NCBI GenBank assembly: GCA_050575255.1
Contig: JBNZDD010013704.1
Location: 6,925,006 to 6,989,005, forward strand
From: Harriotta raleighana
Taxonomy: Eukaryota
Reading direction: 5' to 3'
DNA: 64,000 nt
Positions 61,353 to 64,000 of this stretch are shown here, one piece after another. The stretch's first letter is position 1; each line of letters starts with the position of its first letter. A program made the translations under genes and the position numbers. The notes under the pieces were generated by a model. It searched no databases and was not told the DNA's origin. It was given only the letters and a program-made list of their open reading frames with translations.

Positions 61353-62871
61353 ATCCTGTGAAATGCTTTGAGAAATGCCATTGAAAGCTCTGGATTAAAT
61401 GCAATGATTTGTTGTTATTTTTCACAGCTAGCATGCAGGTAACTGCAAAGCCGTGAAGCCAAGAACGACTAAATTAAAGCAGCTTTGTTTTTGGCTACTA
61501 CATTTGAGAAAATCAAAAAGCATTTCCTCAACAAAAGCATTCCCCTAACCTGCACACCTTGTGATCTTGCTTTCTCGCTATTAAAAACCAATGCAGTGAG
61601 ATCATCACAAATCTACCAATATGGCCCTAAGTAATGTCTTTAGAATTTACATATTGAGGCAAAAATGGTAGCTTTGTCATTTGGAGTGGAGACAGTGGCA
61701 GTGCTTCTGACTATAGTATATGGTTGGAGATCTTCCCACCCATCCCTTTCCTGCATCTGCCTTGCTGCACTCGAGAGACGTTTTTTTATTGCACATTGCC
61801 TGTCAGAAGTCAATGAGGAAGGGCAGTTGTTGCTCTCAACTTTCCTAGCTCAGCAAGGACCCCTAGTGCCAGTCCTCAATACAACCTTGTAAAATATCAG
61901 GAGTGTTCACCTTAAAAGTAATGTACATACAACATACTCTTCAGGTCTGAGAAAAGAAACTAGAGCAAATACTAAAACATGAGGAATTTACTGATACATT
62001 TACCGATGTACATCTGAGATCATGAAACTGGTATTACTGCCTAAAGAAAGCATTTGTACACACCACTGTTCTGTGGATCTAGCAGTGAGTGCTACATGAT
62101 CCCACACACATTAAATTACCTTGAGCCACAGCCAGCAAAAAGGTTCAAATAGAGAACAAATGAACCTGTGCCAGTATTCAATAACCACCTTCATGGCAGC
62201 ATTGACACAATCTTGAGGCAAAGATTCCTAGTTTCCACTCTCAGTCAAAAGCTACCAAAGAATTCTGGGGCAATTCAGCAAGGATTAGGCATATTGGTAA
62301 TGAATACAAACAGCATTTTCTGCAACATCAGACATAGTTTCATGAACATGATTTTTTATTTCCACACCTTTATCTAGACTGGGAGTCATTGATGTAAGAG
62401 AGGAAACATAATCTATTCCCTAAATCTGACATTAAACCTAGATACACACAAAAAAATTCAAGGTGCAAAGTTTGTGAATGTGAGGTGAGGTACAAGTTTT
62501 CAACTGATGCAAAGACAGTGAAGTTACAAGGCTGCCTGCACAATGCCTTAGTCTCTGTGCAATCTTATGACCCAGACAACCATTGGTTTGTAATTCAAAA
62601 TGATACAAACGTTTTTAAAGAAAAATGTAACAATGGAAATGTATTTTCCTCAATTGAAAGAAAATTGGAAAACCTAGTGAATAATGATTTATGTCAATTA
62701 AAATTACAAATCAACAAGCCTATACCTGTATTGGAAACATCACATTTGCCACCCCCATTATTTGCAAATATTGCATCAGAAAATAGTATGTAATTCGATT
62801 ATGATTTGGTATTTTTTAAATCTTATTGGAGGAATGTTTAATTTAATCTCCGTAGAGGTTTAGTTAATCAT

Positions 62872-63782
62872 ATGATACAAAGTTAGGTAGGGTGGTAAAT
62901 AGTGAGGAGGACTGTAACCAACTGCAAGCAGACACACACAGAATGATGGAATGGGCTGACATGTGGCAGATGGATTTCAATGTGGATAAGTGTGAGGTGA
63001 TACACTTAGGTAAGAAAAATGATAGGAGGCAATATAGTCTTGGTAGCTCAATCTTAAGCGGGGTGAATGTATAGAGAGATCTGGGTGTTCAAGTAAGCAA
63101 ATCATTAAAGGTAGCAAGGCAGGTAGATAAGGCAGTAAAAAAGGCATTTGGTCTACTGAACTTTATTAGTAGGGGCATAGAGTTTAAGAGTAGGGAAGTT
63201 ACGGTTAATCTNNNNNNNNNNNNNNNNNNNNNNNNNNNNNNNNNNNNNNNNNNNNNNNNNNNNNNNNNNNNNNNNNNNNNNNNNNNNNNNNNNNNNNNNN
63301 NNNNNNNNNNNNNNNNNNNNNNNNNNNNNNNNNNNNNNNNNNNNNNNNNNNNNNNNNNNNNNNNNNNNNNNNNNNNNNNNNNNNNNNNNNNNNNGCGGGG
63401 ACCTGATAGAGGTCTTCAAGATCATGAAAGGTTTCAACAGGCTGACTAGGCAAAAGATGTTTCCGCTGGTAGGTGTGTCTGTGACCCGTGGTCGCATCTT
63501 AAGATATCTACCAAAAGAAGCAGAGGGGAGGTTAGAAGAATTTTCTTCACTCAGAGTTGTTCAAATTTGGAATGATCTGCCTGAAAGGGTAGTGAGGTCC
63601 GATTCGATAGCTGCTTTTAAGAGAGAACTGGATAGGTATCTGGGGAAGATGGGTTTGCAGAGTTATGGGGAGAAAGCTGGTGATTGGGGATAATAAAAGT
63701 GACATTGCTCTGTCAGAGAGTCAGCACAGACTTGATGGGCCGAATGGCCTCCTTCTGTGCCGTAACCTTCTATGATTCTATG
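62872..63782 (+). mobile_element. CR1 LINE 3' fragment spanning an assembly gap
   Basis: EWADMWQMDFNVDKCEVIHLG, RGDLIEVFKIM and tail GGGCCGAATGGCCTCC...TTCTATGATTCTATG. Confidence 0.95.
63212..63393. other. Assembly gap (N run)
   Basis: Run of N. Confidence 1.
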
Positions 63783-64000
63783 AAATCCCATTAATTTATT
63801 TCCAAGTTCCTTTTTTTAAAATTTCTATATTATACAGTAATATGTTTTTGAAAAGGTTCTTTACTCAAACATTTGTAGATATTTCTCTCTCCTCTCTTTA
63901 GATATATTGCAATATTATCATCAATTCCCTGACTGAGATCTTAAGATCTGTCTGTCTCTTATTATCTGACATCAAAGTTGGATGAACATCAATTTTCTTC

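Overview
Repeat-rich, gene-poor vertebrate genomic DNA, probably intronic or intergenic. The repeat spectrum (CR1 and L2 LINE fragments, a tRNA-headed SINE with CORE-like and Deu-like segments, older DeuSINEs, Penelope-type fragments, hAT elements) suggests a cartilaginous fish, plausibly the elephant shark; this is inference. No intact protein-coding gene can be established, and nearly all listed ORFs are LINE/SINE pieces or chance ORFs. Highlights: (1) a CpG-rich, intronless, frameshifted histone H2B-like gene, about 50% identical to canonical H2B, at 46038-46452; (2) U2 snRNA nt 1-47 fused to a CR1-type 3' tail at ~32246-32370 (minus strand); (3) Penelope-derived fragments with minimal hammerhead-ribozyme cores and a fold-back copy split by a SINE; (4) two hAT elements with perfect 8-bp TSDs; (5) three local inverted duplications embedded in retroelements; (6) weak candidate minus-strand first exons. 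Many single-N junctions with duplicated flanks are assembly artefacts. Family names and identities come from by-eye comparison with remembered consensus sequences, and repeat boundaries are approximate.
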